Positions 1 to 8,843 are shown, counted from the first letter of the stretch. The stretch is 36,777 bases of DNA from Alphaproteobacteria bacterium MarineAlpha10_Bin2 (GCA_002937555.1 PTKB01000002.1:1-36777); one strand, 5' to 3'. Numbers and translations are program-made. The notes: generated from the sequence alone by a model not told the origin.

Positions 1-175
1 ATCGATAAAACGTCTGCTCCGTAATCTGGACTTCCCGGATCGCATCAATCCGAGACATCCTTTGACCAACGAGCACATCAACCTGGCGAAGCTTCGTCAA
101 GATCTCTTCCGGCTTGTGTCTCTTGATTCCCATTCCTTGGTCCTCCTCTACTAACTATAGGGCTGGACCAACTCA
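1..175 (-). mobile_element. Terminal part of an IS3-family insertion sequence; the OrfA N-terminus (133..1) runs off the window
   Basis: A minus-strand ATG (rc of 131-133) follows GGAGGA (rc of 141-146). It translates to MGIKRHKPEEILTKLRQVDVLVGQRMSRIDAIREVQITEQTFYR..., the HTH 'transposase 8' N-terminus typical of IS3-family OrfA. It is absent from the ORF track because its stop lies outside the window. The putative element terminus reads TGAGTTGGTCC... on the minus strand, ending near 175. Confidence 0.75.
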
Positions 176-420
176 TTGGGGAAGGATCAGACCCGTCGCC
201 GGAAAGCGATCGGTGGATGGCGTCGCCCTCAAGCGTGCGGCGGGCATCTTCAGCCCGCGGGAGCGCGATATTCTTGCCCAGCTCAACGAGGGCAAATCAA
301 ATAAATTGATTGGCCGAACCGACGGTGAAATTCCATTTGCGTAATATCTATGCCAAGCTCGGCGTGAACAACAGAGCGCTCGCCCTCGCTGTCGCCAAGA
401 AATGTGAATTTCTCGGCTGA
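176..420 (+). pseudogene. Decayed LuxR/FixJ-type (GerE) C-terminal HTH regulator remnant
   Basis: The frame of ORF 114..344 gives ...FSPRERDILAQLNEGKSNKLIGR and then stops at 342-344. The +1 frame continues TVKFHLRNIYAKLGVNNRALALAVAKKCEFLG* (stop 418-420). Together these form a LuxR-type HTH with a frameshift and several residues missing between 'GKSNK.I' and 'TVKFHL'. No sensor or receiver domain lies upstream; the IS end intervenes. Confidence 0.65.
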
Positions 421-578
421 TTGGCGGCAGTAAACGCTTCAGCTTGCCCAGCGCCTTACGCCGGGCCTATCCTTCAAACATTGCAAATCTATCCCTTGCG
501 GACATTGGCTCCAGCTGTGGTGGGTTTATCCTCGGGTCACCACGCTGGAAACAAATAGAAACGGCGGAAACACTCAAG

Positions 579-2144
579 ATGCGCGTTGGGGTCGATGTTG
601 GTGGGACGAATACAGACGCCGTGTTGATGGACGGCGAACAAGTTGTCGCTTCTTTCAAGGCGCCGACAACGGCCGATATCGGCGGCGGCATCGTCAACGC
701 CATTCGTACCGTTCTCGCGCAATCAAATGTTATTGCCGAGCATGTCGAGAGCGTGATGATCGGCACCACACAGTTCACCAACGCGTTCGTCGAAGGCCGG
801 CGCTTGGTCGAAGTCGGCATCATTCGCGCTGCCTTGCCGGCGACGCTAAGCGTGAAGCCCCTTCTCGATTTTCCTGAACGGCTGGCCAACGCCGTGGGAG
901 ACCACGCTTATCTGGTTCCGGGAGGATACGAGTTTGATGGACGCGAGATATCGCCGCTCGGCGAGAAAGAGGTGGCTGAGGCCGCACGGGATATCAAACG
1001 TAAGGGCCTTGGCTCGGTCGCTATTTCCTGCGTTTTCTCTCCGATTAATTCCGACATGGAAAAACGCATGGCGGAAATCGTGCGAAACGAAATTCCGGAT
1101 GTGGAGTTGACGCTTTCAACCGATATCGGGCGGGTCGGGTTGATCGAGCGCGAAAACGCGGCGATCATGAATGCCTCGCTGGTCGAATTATCGAAGCGGG
1201 TGGTGGGCTCATTCCGCGATGCGCTCAAAGATTTAAACATTGAGGCGCCGTTCTTCGTCAGCCAGAACGACGGCACCTTGATGAGCGCCGACTATGTCGA
1301 GCGCTATCCCGTTTTGACTTTCGCTTCCGGTCCAACAAACAGCATGCGTGGCGCCGCACGGCTGTCCGGCCAGGAAAACGCCATCGTCGTCGATATCGGC
1401 GGAACGACCACCGATGTCGGCGTGCTGGTACATGGCTTCCCGCGGGAATCCGCGGTTTCGGTGGATATCGGCGGCGTGCGCACCAATTTCCGCATGCCGG
1501 ACATCCTTTCCATCGGCCTCGGCGGCGGCAGTCTGGTGCGCGACGGCGCGGAGGGGCTCACGGTCGGGCCGGATTCGGTTGGCTACGAATTGACCGAGAA
1601 GGCGTTGGTGTTCGGCGGCGAAACACTGACTGCCACCGACATCGCGGTGGCAGCCGGCGCGGTGGATATCGGCGACAAGTCCCGCGTTCAACATCTATCC
1701 GGCACGCAGATAGAGCAAGGACTGGCCGAAATTCACCGGCTCGTGGAGGACGCTATAGACCGGGTGAAAACCAGTGTGGAGGATGCACCCGTGGTGCTGG
1801 TGGGTGGCGGCAGTGTTTTGGTCACGCGCGATCTGCGCGGTGCCAGCGAAGTGAAAATCCCGGATAAATCCCCGGTGGCGAACGCGATTGGCGCCGGCAT
1901 GGCGCAAGTAGGTGGCGAGATCGATCGCATTTTCTCGTACGAGAGCGAAGGTCGCGATGCATCCCTCACGCGGGCCAAAGAAGAAGCGACAGCGCGCGCT
2001 ATCGCAGCCGGAGCCACAGCGGACAGTGTGCAGATTCTGGAAGTTGAGGAATTGCCGCTGACATATATGCCGGCCGGCGCTGTGCGGCTCCGTGTCAAGG
2101 CTGTGGGCGATCTTGCCATCAGCGCTGGCGGTGACGGTCAATGA
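579..2144 (+). CDS. Hydantoinase/oxoprolinase-family protein (short ~520-aa type that partners with DUF917)
   Basis: MRVGVDVGGTNTDAVLMDG... is an ASKHA/hydantoinase_A N-terminus, with a second ATP motif VVDIGGTTTDVGV. I prefer the ATG at 579 over the TTG at 444 because family N-termini begin at the M(R/K)(V/I)G(V/I)D(V/I)GGT motif. The stop overlaps the next start (ATGA at 2141-2144). Confidence 0.85.
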   Translation: MRVGVDVGGTNTDAVLMDGEQVVASFKAPTTADIGGGIVNAIRTVLAQSNVIAEHVESVMIGTTQFTNAFVEGRRLVEVGIIRAALPATLSVKPLLDFPERLANAVGDHAYLVPGGYEFDGREISPLGEKEVAEAARDIKRKGLGSVAISCVFSPINSDMEKRMAEIVRNEIPDVELTLSTDIGRVGLIERENAAIMNASLVELSKRVVGSFRDALKDLNIEAPFFVSQNDGTLMSADYVERYPVLTFASGPTNSMRGAARLSGQENAIVVDIGGTTTDVGVLVHGFPRESAVSVDIGGVRTNFRMPDILSIGLGGGSLVRDGAEGLTVGPDSVGYELTEKALVFGGETLTATDIAVAAGAVDIGDKSRVQHLSGTQIEQGLAEIHRLVEDAIDRVKTSVEDAPVVLVGGGSVLVTRDLRGASEVKIPDKSPVANAIGAGMAQVGGEIDRIFSYESEGRDASLTRAKEEATARAIAAGATADSVQILEVEELPLTYMPAGAVRLRVKAVGDLAISAGGDGQ

Positions 2145-3232
2145 AACTTACCCGGGACAATTTGCACGATTTCATCCGCGGTGCGGCAATACTCGGAACC
2201 GGCGGCGGCGGTGATCCTTATGTCGGCCGCCTCATGTTGGAACAGGAACTTCGCAAAGGGACCGACATTCAGATTCTCGATCCCGATGACCTTGCCGACG
2301 ATATATTCGCCATTAATGTCTTTTCCATGGGCGCGCCGACGGTGTTCGTGGAAAAAATTCCGAACGGCCCGGCCACCGTGATCTCCATGCGCAAAGTCGA
2401 ACAAGTGCTGGGGAGAAAATTCAATGCCATCATGCCGGTCGAGGCGGGCGGGGTAAACGCCACGCTGCCGCTCATCGTCGGCGCCCTGACCGGCTTGCCG
2501 GTGATCGATGCCGATGGGATGGGCCGCGCCTTTCCCGAATTGCAAATGGTCACTTACAATGTGTACGGCGTTGATATTTGCCCGCTCGTCACCACCGACG
2601 ATTTTGGTAATTCGGTGACTTTCGAGACCACCGATGCGGCGCGTTCGGAATGGTTGGCGCGCGGCGTTTGTGTGCGTATGGGCGGCATCAGCCAGGCAGC
2701 GGGATATCCGATGACCGCCAAACAGATTAAGGACACGGCGGTCCGCCATACACTCACGCTTTCGGTCGAGATTGGCCAAACCGTGCGCGAAGCCCGCGAG
2801 CAACACCGGGATCCGGTCGATGCGCTGCTCGATTACTTCATGAACGCCCGCTATCCGCGCCACGCGGCGATGCTGTTCGACGGCAAAGTGGTCGACGTGC
2901 TGCGCGAGACCAAACACGGCTTCACCGTGGGCCGCGTCATGCTGGACGGCATCGAAGACAGCTCCGGCCAATGCGAGGTGACATTCCGCAATGAATTTCT
3001 CATCGCCAAGCATGACGGGCGTGTGGTCGCCACGGTGCCGGACCTGATCTGCTGCTTGGACCGCGAAACCGCGGAACCAATCACCACGGAAAGCTTGAAG
3101 TACGGCAATCGGGTCAAGGTTGTCGGGATCGCCGCCGCGCCGGTCATGCGGACGCCGGAAGCACTCGAAATATTTGGGCCCAGAGCCTTTAAAATGGAGG
3201 AAGACTTCACGCCGCTTGAAGAACTCGCTTGA
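2141..3232 (+). CDS. DUF917-family protein
   Basis: GAAILGTGGGGDPYVGRLM, MPVEAGGVN and PVIDADGMGRAFPELQM match the conserved DUF917 blocks as I remember them. The length of 363 aa is typical. It is translationally coupled to the upstream hydantoinase-like gene. Confidence 0.85.
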   Translation: MKLTRDNLHDFIRGAAILGTGGGGDPYVGRLMLEQELRKGTDIQILDPDDLADDIFAINVFSMGAPTVFVEKIPNGPATVISMRKVEQVLGRKFNAIMPVEAGGVNATLPLIVGALTGLPVIDADGMGRAFPELQMVTYNVYGVDICPLVTTDDFGNSVTFETTDAARSEWLARGVCVRMGGISQAAGYPMTAKQIKDTAVRHTLTLSVEIGQTVREAREQHRDPVDALLDYFMNARYPRHAAMLFDGKVVDVLRETKHGFTVGRVMLDGIEDSSGQCEVTFRNEFLIAKHDGRVVATVPDLICCLDRETAEPITTESLKYGNRVKVVGIAAAPVMRTPEALEIFGPRAFKMEEDFTPLEELA

Positions 3233-3337
3233 CCCGCGAGTCGCTATCCCGCCCACGCCATGTGACAGCGGCGGAAAAGTACCTGATAATTCAGGTGTTG
3301 GCGGCCCGTGGCAACGAATATGGGGAGATGAAGGGCC

Positions 3338-3596
3338 TTGTCGCTAGCGATTGAGAGCGTCGAATCAGGGAGTTGGAGCAGAGGCGTTCGCCGGCTGTTC
3401 GCCGGCAACCGCGTGTGGTTGCTGGTGCTTCCGGCATTCATCTTTTTCCTCATCTTCTTCATCATTCCTGTCGTTTCGCTGTTCTTTATTTCGCTCGACA
3501 AGCCGACATTGGGCACAGTCGACGTGCAGCGGCAGTTTGCGCTGAAAAATTTCATCCGATTTTTCAGCCGCTCGCTTTATTACGAGGCGGCCATAC
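3338..3596 (+). pseudogene. N-terminal fragment of an ABC-transporter permease (PotB/polyamine-type-like)
   Basis: The TTG-started frame gives RRLFAGNRVWLLVLPAFIFFLIFFIIPVVSLFFISL...FALKNFIRFFSRSLYYEAAIRS. This is a typical first TM segment and periplasmic loop of a binding-protein-dependent permease. The frame then degenerates and stops at 3637, so only about 86 of the expected 270-300 aa are present. Confidence 0.6.
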
Positions 3597-4032
3597 GTTC
3601 AGCTTCGTCACCGTGTTGGGACGGCTGCGCCCGATGATCGAGCATCTGGCGGAACAATATGGCGTACCGGGGAAAATGGCTTCGGTGCGATCGGTGGATA
3701 TTCCCGTCCTCGAGTTCGAACAGGACCTCGACCGCACCAAGGCGGCGCTTGCCGAAGTAGCGGTGCGCGCGGTGGAAGAGGATGGCGCCGACGCCATCGT
3801 CTTCGGCTGTACGGGCATGCTCGGTTGCGCTGACGCCGGGCGCGCGGGGTTGCTCGCCAAAGGCTATGACATACCTGTCATAGACCCGGTGCCGCTCGCG
3901 GTGCGCATGGCCGCCGCATTGATCGAAAGCGGCGTCAGCCACAGCAAGATCACTTATGAAAAGCCGCCGATAAAACCCGTCACCGGTTACGAAATGCCGC
4001 CGCTAAACGTGACAAGCGAAGCTGCAGAGTAG
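3595..4032 (+). pseudogene. C-terminal roughly 60% of an Asp/Glu/hydantoin racemase (HyuE-like), lacking its N-terminal half
   Basis: The frame of ORF 3373..4032 from about residue 75 reads FSFVTVLGRLRPMIEHLAEQYGVPGKMASVRSVDIPVLEFE...AVEEDGADAIVFGCTGMLG...DIPVIDPVPLAVRMAAALIESG. This is the second domain of hydantoin racemase and includes the second catalytic Cys (GCTGM). The upstream part of that frame is not racemase-like. An internal ATG at 3634 could in principle express a fragment. Confidence 0.65.
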
Positions 4033-4144
4033 CCACGGGAGCGGTGCTTCCGCGCACCGTATTGTTATGCACTAGAGCGAGAACAGCGCGACCCGGCAGG
4101 TTCGCGGCGGGTTGCACGCGCCCGGCTGAACTGGGAGACAACAG

Positions 4145-5167
4145 ATGGCACGTATCGTTCGCTTCAATGAAACCGGTGGGCCGGAGGTTCTCAAAATATA
4201 CGACGAGCCGTTGCAGGAACCGGGAGACGGCGAGGTCCGCCTAAAGGTCGAAGCGATGGGCCTCAATCGGGCCGAAATCATGTTTCGCGACGGTAAATAT
4301 GCCGCCGATCCGGTTTTTCCGTCACGCATCGGCATCGAGGGCTCGGGAACGATAGATGCGATCGGTTCCGGCGTGAGCGATTTCAAAATCGGCGATAAGG
4401 TTGCCGCGATCCCATTCCTGTCCTGGGACAAATGGGGCAATTGGACGGCGGAATCGGTGATGCGTTACGGTATCTATGGGGAGAGTGCGGTGGTACCCGC
4501 GTACAGCGTTGCGCACAATCCGGACAATATTTTGATGATCGAGGCAGCGGCGATCTGGTGCCAATACCTGACCGCCTGGGGCGGCGTGATTAATTACGCC
4601 AATCTCGCCAGCGACGACATCGCCCTCATTACGGCGGCCAGCAGCAGCGCCGGTTTGGGCGGCCTGCAAATCGCCAATCTCACCGGCGCGACGACCATCG
4701 CCGTCACGCGGACGGCGGCTAAGAAACAGTTTCTGCTCGATGCCGGCGCCGACCATGTCGTCGTGACCGACGACGAGGACCTGCGCGAACGCGTCATGGA
4801 CATCACGGGCGGGCGGGGCTTCAGCGTGGCTTACGATCCGGTGGGTGGAGAATTCATGGCCGATCTTGTCGATGCGGCGCAACCCTGCGGCACGATCGTC
4901 AATTACGGCAATCTTCGCACCGAGCCCATTAATGTGCCGATCCTGCCGATGCTGGTGAAACGCCTCGACATCAAGTTTCACAGCCTGTTCGATACCATGC
5001 GTCTCTCGCAAGAGCGCGGGCGCGGGATAAAATACGTCATGGATAATGTGGCGTCGGGCGCCCTCAAGGTGATCGTCGACAAGACCTTTACCCTCGAGGA
5101 GATTGTCGATGCGCACCGCTACATGGAATCCAACGCGCAAATGGGGAAAATCGTCGTTACCGCCTAA
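4145..5167 (+). CDS. Zinc-type/quinone-oxidoreductase-like medium-chain dehydrogenase/reductase (MDR)
   Basis: MARIVRFNETGGPEVLKIYDEPLQEPGDGEVRLKVEAMGLNRAEIMFRDGKY is a zeta-crystallin/Qor-like N-terminus. GGGAGA lies upstream of the ATG. The length is 340 aa. Confidence 0.8.
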   Translation: MARIVRFNETGGPEVLKIYDEPLQEPGDGEVRLKVEAMGLNRAEIMFRDGKYAADPVFPSRIGIEGSGTIDAIGSGVSDFKIGDKVAAIPFLSWDKWGNWTAESVMRYGIYGESAVVPAYSVAHNPDNILMIEAAAIWCQYLTAWGGVINYANLASDDIALITAASSSAGLGGLQIANLTGATTIAVTRTAAKKQFLLDAGADHVVVTDDEDLRERVMDITGGRGFSVAYDPVGGEFMADLVDAAQPCGTIVNYGNLRTEPINVPILPMLVKRLDIKFHSLFDTMRLSQERGRGIKYVMDNVASGALKVIVDKTFTLEEIVDAHRYMESNAQMGKIVVTA

Positions 5168-5245
5168 AGCCGATCAGTTTGTGCTAGTTTCGTCGGCAAG
5201 CGACGGGAGACATCTGGACAACAACTCGGTTGAAAGGAGAGCGCT

Positions 5246-6655
5246 ATGGCGACAAACGCAGCAACCAACATCAACCTTGAGCAAATGGACGTCGACGCCA
5301 CGATACATGCGTTCACGTCTCTGTCGGAGCATGCGGAAATCGGCCCGCACATTATGGCCTCTGGCGACGGCATTTACCTGACCGACAACAAGGGCGATAC
5401 CTATATCGACGCGATGGCCGCGCTGTTCTGTGTGAACGTGGGATACGGCCGCAGTGAGATCGCCGACGCGATTTCCGAACAGGCTCACAAGTTCGCCTTT
5501 TTCCACACATTCGCCGGCAATGCGCACGATCAGCAGATCAGACTCGGCGAACGTCTGCTCAGCATCCTGCCCGGTCATATGAGCAAAGTCATGTTTGCCA
5601 GTTCCGGCTCGGAAGCAAACGAAGCCAACGTCAAACTGGCGTGGATGTACCAGCATCTAAGAGGCAAACCCGAAAAACGCAAGATCATTGGCCGTGACAT
5701 GGGCTACCACGGCGTCACGACGATTGCGGCGAGCATGTCCGGGCTGCCGCTCATGCACGAACCGTTCGGCCTACCGTTGCCCGGTTTCCTGCACACCGAC
5801 AAAGGCCATTATTTCTGGGAGGGCCGGCCTGGTGAATCGGAACGCGACTATTCCAAACGCATGGCCGCCAACCTCGGTGTGCTGATAGAAGCGGAAGGCC
5901 CGGAGACGGTCTGCGCGTTCATCGCCGAGCCGGTGATGGGTGCGTCGGCCTGCGTGGCGCCGGCCGAAGGGTATTTCGAAGAGATCCAAAAGGTGCTCAA
6001 GAAACACGATGTACTGTTTATCGCCGATGAAGTGATTACCGGGTTCGGCCGGCTGGGCACCTGGTTCGCTTGCGACAAATACGATCTCACCCCCGATTTA
6101 ATGACCTTGTCCAAGGGCATCACCAGCGCCTATGTGCCACTTTCTGCGTCCGTCATTTCGGAAGAGATGTGGCAGGTATTCGCCGACGATCCCGACAAGA
6201 CGCTGTTCACGCACGGCCACACGGCGAGCGGACATCCGATTGCCTGCGCCGCGGCCAACGCCAATCTCGATCTCATGGAAGGTGAGGACCTGGTCGGCAA
6301 TGCGGCCCGGGTCGGCGACTATTTCAAGGCGCAACTGAACGAGAGGCTCGGCGAACATCCGCTAATGGGGGAAATTCGCGGCGATGGGCTCATGCTCGCC
6401 ATCGAATTGGTGGCGAACAAAGAGACCAAAGAGGAGCTCAATGTTGAATGGGACTGCTCGCATCGTCTGTTCGATCTTTGCCTCGAGGAAAAACTTATCT
6501 CGCGCGGCTATTTCGGTCACAACTCATCGTCTTTCGCGCCGCCCCTAAGCATCACCAGGGACGAGGTTGACGAAGTCATCACACGATTTACGCGTGCACT
6601 CGACAAACTCACCGATGAGCTCGTTCGCGAAGGTCGCTGGAAGCCGGCCGCGTAA
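5246..6655 (+). CDS. Class-III (omega-) aminotransferase, PLP-dependent
   Basis: Motifs SGSEANE, FIADEVITGFGRLG and the PLP-lysine context TLSKGITSAY are present. The RBS AAGGAGAG lies 6 nt upstream. The length is 469 aa. Confidence 0.88.
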   Translation: MATNAATNINLEQMDVDATIHAFTSLSEHAEIGPHIMASGDGIYLTDNKGDTYIDAMAALFCVNVGYGRSEIADAISEQAHKFAFFHTFAGNAHDQQIRLGERLLSILPGHMSKVMFASSGSEANEANVKLAWMYQHLRGKPEKRKIIGRDMGYHGVTTIAASMSGLPLMHEPFGLPLPGFLHTDKGHYFWEGRPGESERDYSKRMAANLGVLIEAEGPETVCAFIAEPVMGASACVAPAEGYFEEIQKVLKKHDVLFIADEVITGFGRLGTWFACDKYDLTPDLMTLSKGITSAYVPLSASVISEEMWQVFADDPDKTLFTHGHTASGHPIACAAANANLDLMEGEDLVGNAARVGDYFKAQLNERLGEHPLMGEIRGDGLMLAIELVANKETKEELNVEWDCSHRLFDLCLEEKLISRGYFGHNSSSFAPPLSITRDEVDEVITRFTRALDKLTDELVREGRWKPAA

Positions 6656-6662
6656 GAAATAG

Positions 6663-8378
6663 CTAAGACTTCGGCTCGATAGCGACGTCGATTAATCGCG
6701 GCGCGCCTGAAGCGAGCGCCTCGCCGAGAGCGGTGACGAGCTCCTCGGGCTCCGTAACCCGCTGGCCGGCGACGCCCATGCCGGCGGCCATCTCGACAAA
6801 TCCCAGCTCGGGTTCTCGCAAATCCAGTTGCGCATAGGCGCGGTTCGATTCAATGCCGAAACGTTGGCGGTAGATGTCGACATTGTGCTTAAGGATGCGG
6901 TACTCGCGATTGGAAAGGATGATGAACACGATCGGTAAATTGTGATGCGCCGCCGTCCAAAGCGCGGTGATGCTGTACATTGCCGACCCATCGCCCGAAA
7001 TACACACCACAGGGCGGTCCGGATTGGCGAGTTGAACACCGAGTGCGCCGGCCAACCCCTGGCCAATGCCGCCGCCACGGCCGCAAAAATAATCTCCCGG
7101 GCCGCTAAAATGAAACGCCCGTGTGAGGTCCGGGCTTGCCGTGATCGCCTCTTCCACGATTACCACGTCATTTGGAACGGCCTCGGCCAACACCGCCATC
7201 GCCAGCGCCATCGGCATCGGTCTTCGGTCTTTCTGTCTTTCAAGACGTGCCCGTTGGGAAGTCGATTCCTCCTCCTTGAGTGACATGAGCTGCTGGCAGC
7301 GCCGTTCGGCGCTCTTCCGGTCAGAAGCGGATGCCTTTTTCTGCACCGCGTCGGCAATCAGGGAAACGGCCGGCGCCAGACCGCCAACGAGCCCGGCAGT
7401 GAGGGCATAGTTTCGGGATAACCGCTCTTGCGATTCCTCGATCTGCAGCACGGCGGCGCCGGGTGGAAACGGCGTGCCCTCAGAAAACCAAATCTCTTCG
7501 AAAAACGGACCGCCAATCAGCAAGACGAGATCAGTCTCGCCGAAGGCGGCGGCAATGCTCGCCGCGTCGATCGGCAAGACACCACGCAAATTTGGATGAT
7601 CACTCGGCACCGCTCTGTGTTGGTGAATTACTTCGAGCCAGATTGGCGCCCCTAGCGCCTCTGCAAGTTCCGCCACCGCATTGCCGGCGCCGGCGCGCGC
7701 CACGTCGTCGCCGATCACGATCGCCGGCGCGCCGGCGCTGAGAAGATGTTTGGCGAGGTCTTGGACGGCATCAGGGTCAGCGCCCGGCGCGCGATAATGC
7801 GATCCGCCAGAATCCGCCCGATTGGCCGTCTCCTGCTCCATGACGTTGATCGGCAGCGCAACAAACACCGGACCGGCGGGCGGATCATTTGCGATCTTGA
7901 AGGCCCGGCGCATAATGTCGGCGCACTCGTCGGCGCGCTCCGCTTGGACACTCCATTTAACCACCGGCGCCGCCATCGCCACCAGGTCGTGACCGAGCAG
8001 CGGCGCACGCAAGCGCAGGCGCGTATCCTGCTGGCCCGCGGTCACAATCATCGGGGAGTTCGCCTTTAGAGCGCCATAAAGCATCCCGATCGCGTTGCCG
8101 AGACCAGGTGCGACATGGAGATTGACGAATCCGGTACGGCCGCTCGCCTGCGCGTAATAGCTCGCCGCGCCGATCGACACCCCCTCATGTAGAGAGAGAA
8201 TATAAGACAACGTCGGATAAGCGCTGAGATTGTCGGTCAGCGGGCCTTCGGTCGTTCCCGGATTGCCGTACACGAACTCGACGCCGTGGGCCACGAGACT
8301 ATCCAATACGACATCACGTCCGAGCATACGGCTGTTCCATTCCCGTTTGGCACGCATCGAATCAGTCGAGGCGTTCAC
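6663..8378 (-). CDS. Thiamine-diphosphate enzyme, benzoylformate-decarboxylase/acetolactate-synthase-like
   Basis: GVEFVYGNPGTTEGPL...FVNLHVAPGLGNAIGMLYGALKANSPMIVTAGQQ is the N-terminal Pyr domain, and GDGSAMYSITALWTAAHHNLPIVFIILSNREY is the ThDP/Mg motif. The start is uncertain: GTG at 8378, or ATG at 8357 or 8327. The ATG at 8327 (MLGRDVV...) fits family N-termini best. Confidence 0.85.
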   Translation of the reverse strand: MNASTDSMRAKREWNSRMLGRDVVLDSLVAHGVEFVYGNPGTTEGPLTDNLSAYPTLSYILSLHEGVSIGAASYYAQASGRTGFVNLHVAPGLGNAIGMLYGALKANSPMIVTAGQQDTRLRLRAPLLGHDLVAMAAPVVKWSVQAERADECADIMRRAFKIANDPPAGPVFVALPINVMEQETANRADSGGSHYRAPGADPDAVQDLAKHLLSAGAPAIVIGDDVARAGAGNAVAELAEALGAPIWLEVIHQHRAVPSDHPNLRGVLPIDAASIAAAFGETDLVLLIGGPFFEEIWFSEGTPFPPGAAVLQIEESQERLSRNYALTAGLVGGLAPAVSLIADAVQKKASASDRKSAERRCQQLMSLKEEESTSQRARLERQKDRRPMPMALAMAVLAEAVPNDVVIVEEAITASPDLTRAFHFSGPGDYFCGRGGGIGQGLAGALGVQLANPDRPVVCISGDGSAMYSITALWTAAHHNLPIVFIILSNREYRILKHNVDIYRQRFGIESNRAYAQLDLREPELGFVEMAAGMGVAGQRVTEPEELVTALGEALASGAPRLIDVAIEPKS

Positions 8379-8489
8379 CGACTGTAGGCATTGTGACCCG
8401 ACGTTGAAAGTACGCCCCCGGGCAATCGATTGCTGCGATAATTCCCGGCAATTACTATGAGTCCGTAATAACGTAGCTCGGGGAGGATT

Positions 8490-8843
8490 TTATGGCTTGG
8501 CAAATGGAGAGGCTGCTCCTAGAGGCGTGCAGTTGCAGATTGGCTTGGCCATCTCAGCAGCCATGTCACCGACCTTTGAGTGGCGATCGCGTACGACTTG
8601 TGGGAGGAACTCGAGCGTGGAGACGAATTTCTCTCTACCGGCCAGTTGATCCGAGATAGTGGCGACGCGGGCCATGTCGAATACCGTCAGCGCAGCCAAT
8701 ATGCCCTGCATATCACTGAGATTCGCCAGCATGCCCTGCCATACCGGTTTCGCCGCATGCATCTTCTCGGCCTGGGCCGTTCCGGCAAGAGCCGGCACCA
8801 AACCAAAAGCCAGAACAATGGCCACCGCAATAAATTTTTTCAT
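8490..8843 (-). CDS. Small exported hypothetical protein (Sec signal peptide)
   Basis: MKKFIAVAIVLAFGLVPALAGTAQA|EK is a classic signal peptide with an AQA cleavage site. A strong RBS, GGAGGGTGAG, lies upstream. The mature part is helical-looking and I recognise no family. Confidence 0.65.
   Translation of the reverse strand: MKKFIAVAIVLAFGLVPALAGTAQAEKMHAAKPVWQGMLANLSDMQGILAALTVFDMARVATISDQLAGREKFVSTLEFLPQVVRDRHSKVGDMAAEMAKPICNCTPLGAASPFAKP

Noticed and set aside
114-344. The track ORF 114..344 as an intact 76-aa gene.
   Set aside because: Its first ~20 codons run through the IS terminus and the transposase RBS on the opposite strand. Only its C-terminal part is LuxR-like, and that similarity continues in another frame, so it is a composite of unrelated segments.
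444-578. N-terminal extensions offered by the ORF track: 444 for the hydantoinase-like gene, 27090 for hyuA-like, 20719 for HisD-like, 21512 for NmrA-like, 27124 for the SDR, 25012 for ligase 2 and 15292 for the 89-aa protein.
   Set aside because: The extensions overlap upstream genes or intergenic DNA and lack family similarity. Internal ATGs coincide with conserved family N-termini and/or good SD sequences.
2138-3256. A 372-aa ORF antisense to the DUF917 gene. Similar long antisense ORFs occur at 4322..5140, 11665..12450, 18537..19328, 19634..20311, 22733..23350, 27426..28067, 28074..28613, 31220..31756, 31884..32498 and 35081..35662.
   Set aside because: Each lies opposite a gene with clear family motifs. 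Their products are Arg/Ala/Gly/His-rich low-complexity strings with no recognisable domains. This is typical stop-codon-poor shadow ORF behaviour in GC-rich DNA.
4042-4059. The hairpin CGGTGC-ttccgc-GCACCG after the racemase remnant, and GCGCC-N8-GGCGC (14865-14882) after the 89-aa gene, as intrinsic terminators.
   Set aside because: The stems are only 5-6 bp with weak or interrupted T-tracts. That is not enough to call terminators without folding energies or RNA-seq 3' ends.
8490-8843. The small exported helical protein as a cytochrome c'/c556-type haem protein.
   Set aside because: The C-terminal Cys pair is CNC, not the CxxCH haem-binding motif. Alternative frames do not restore one.
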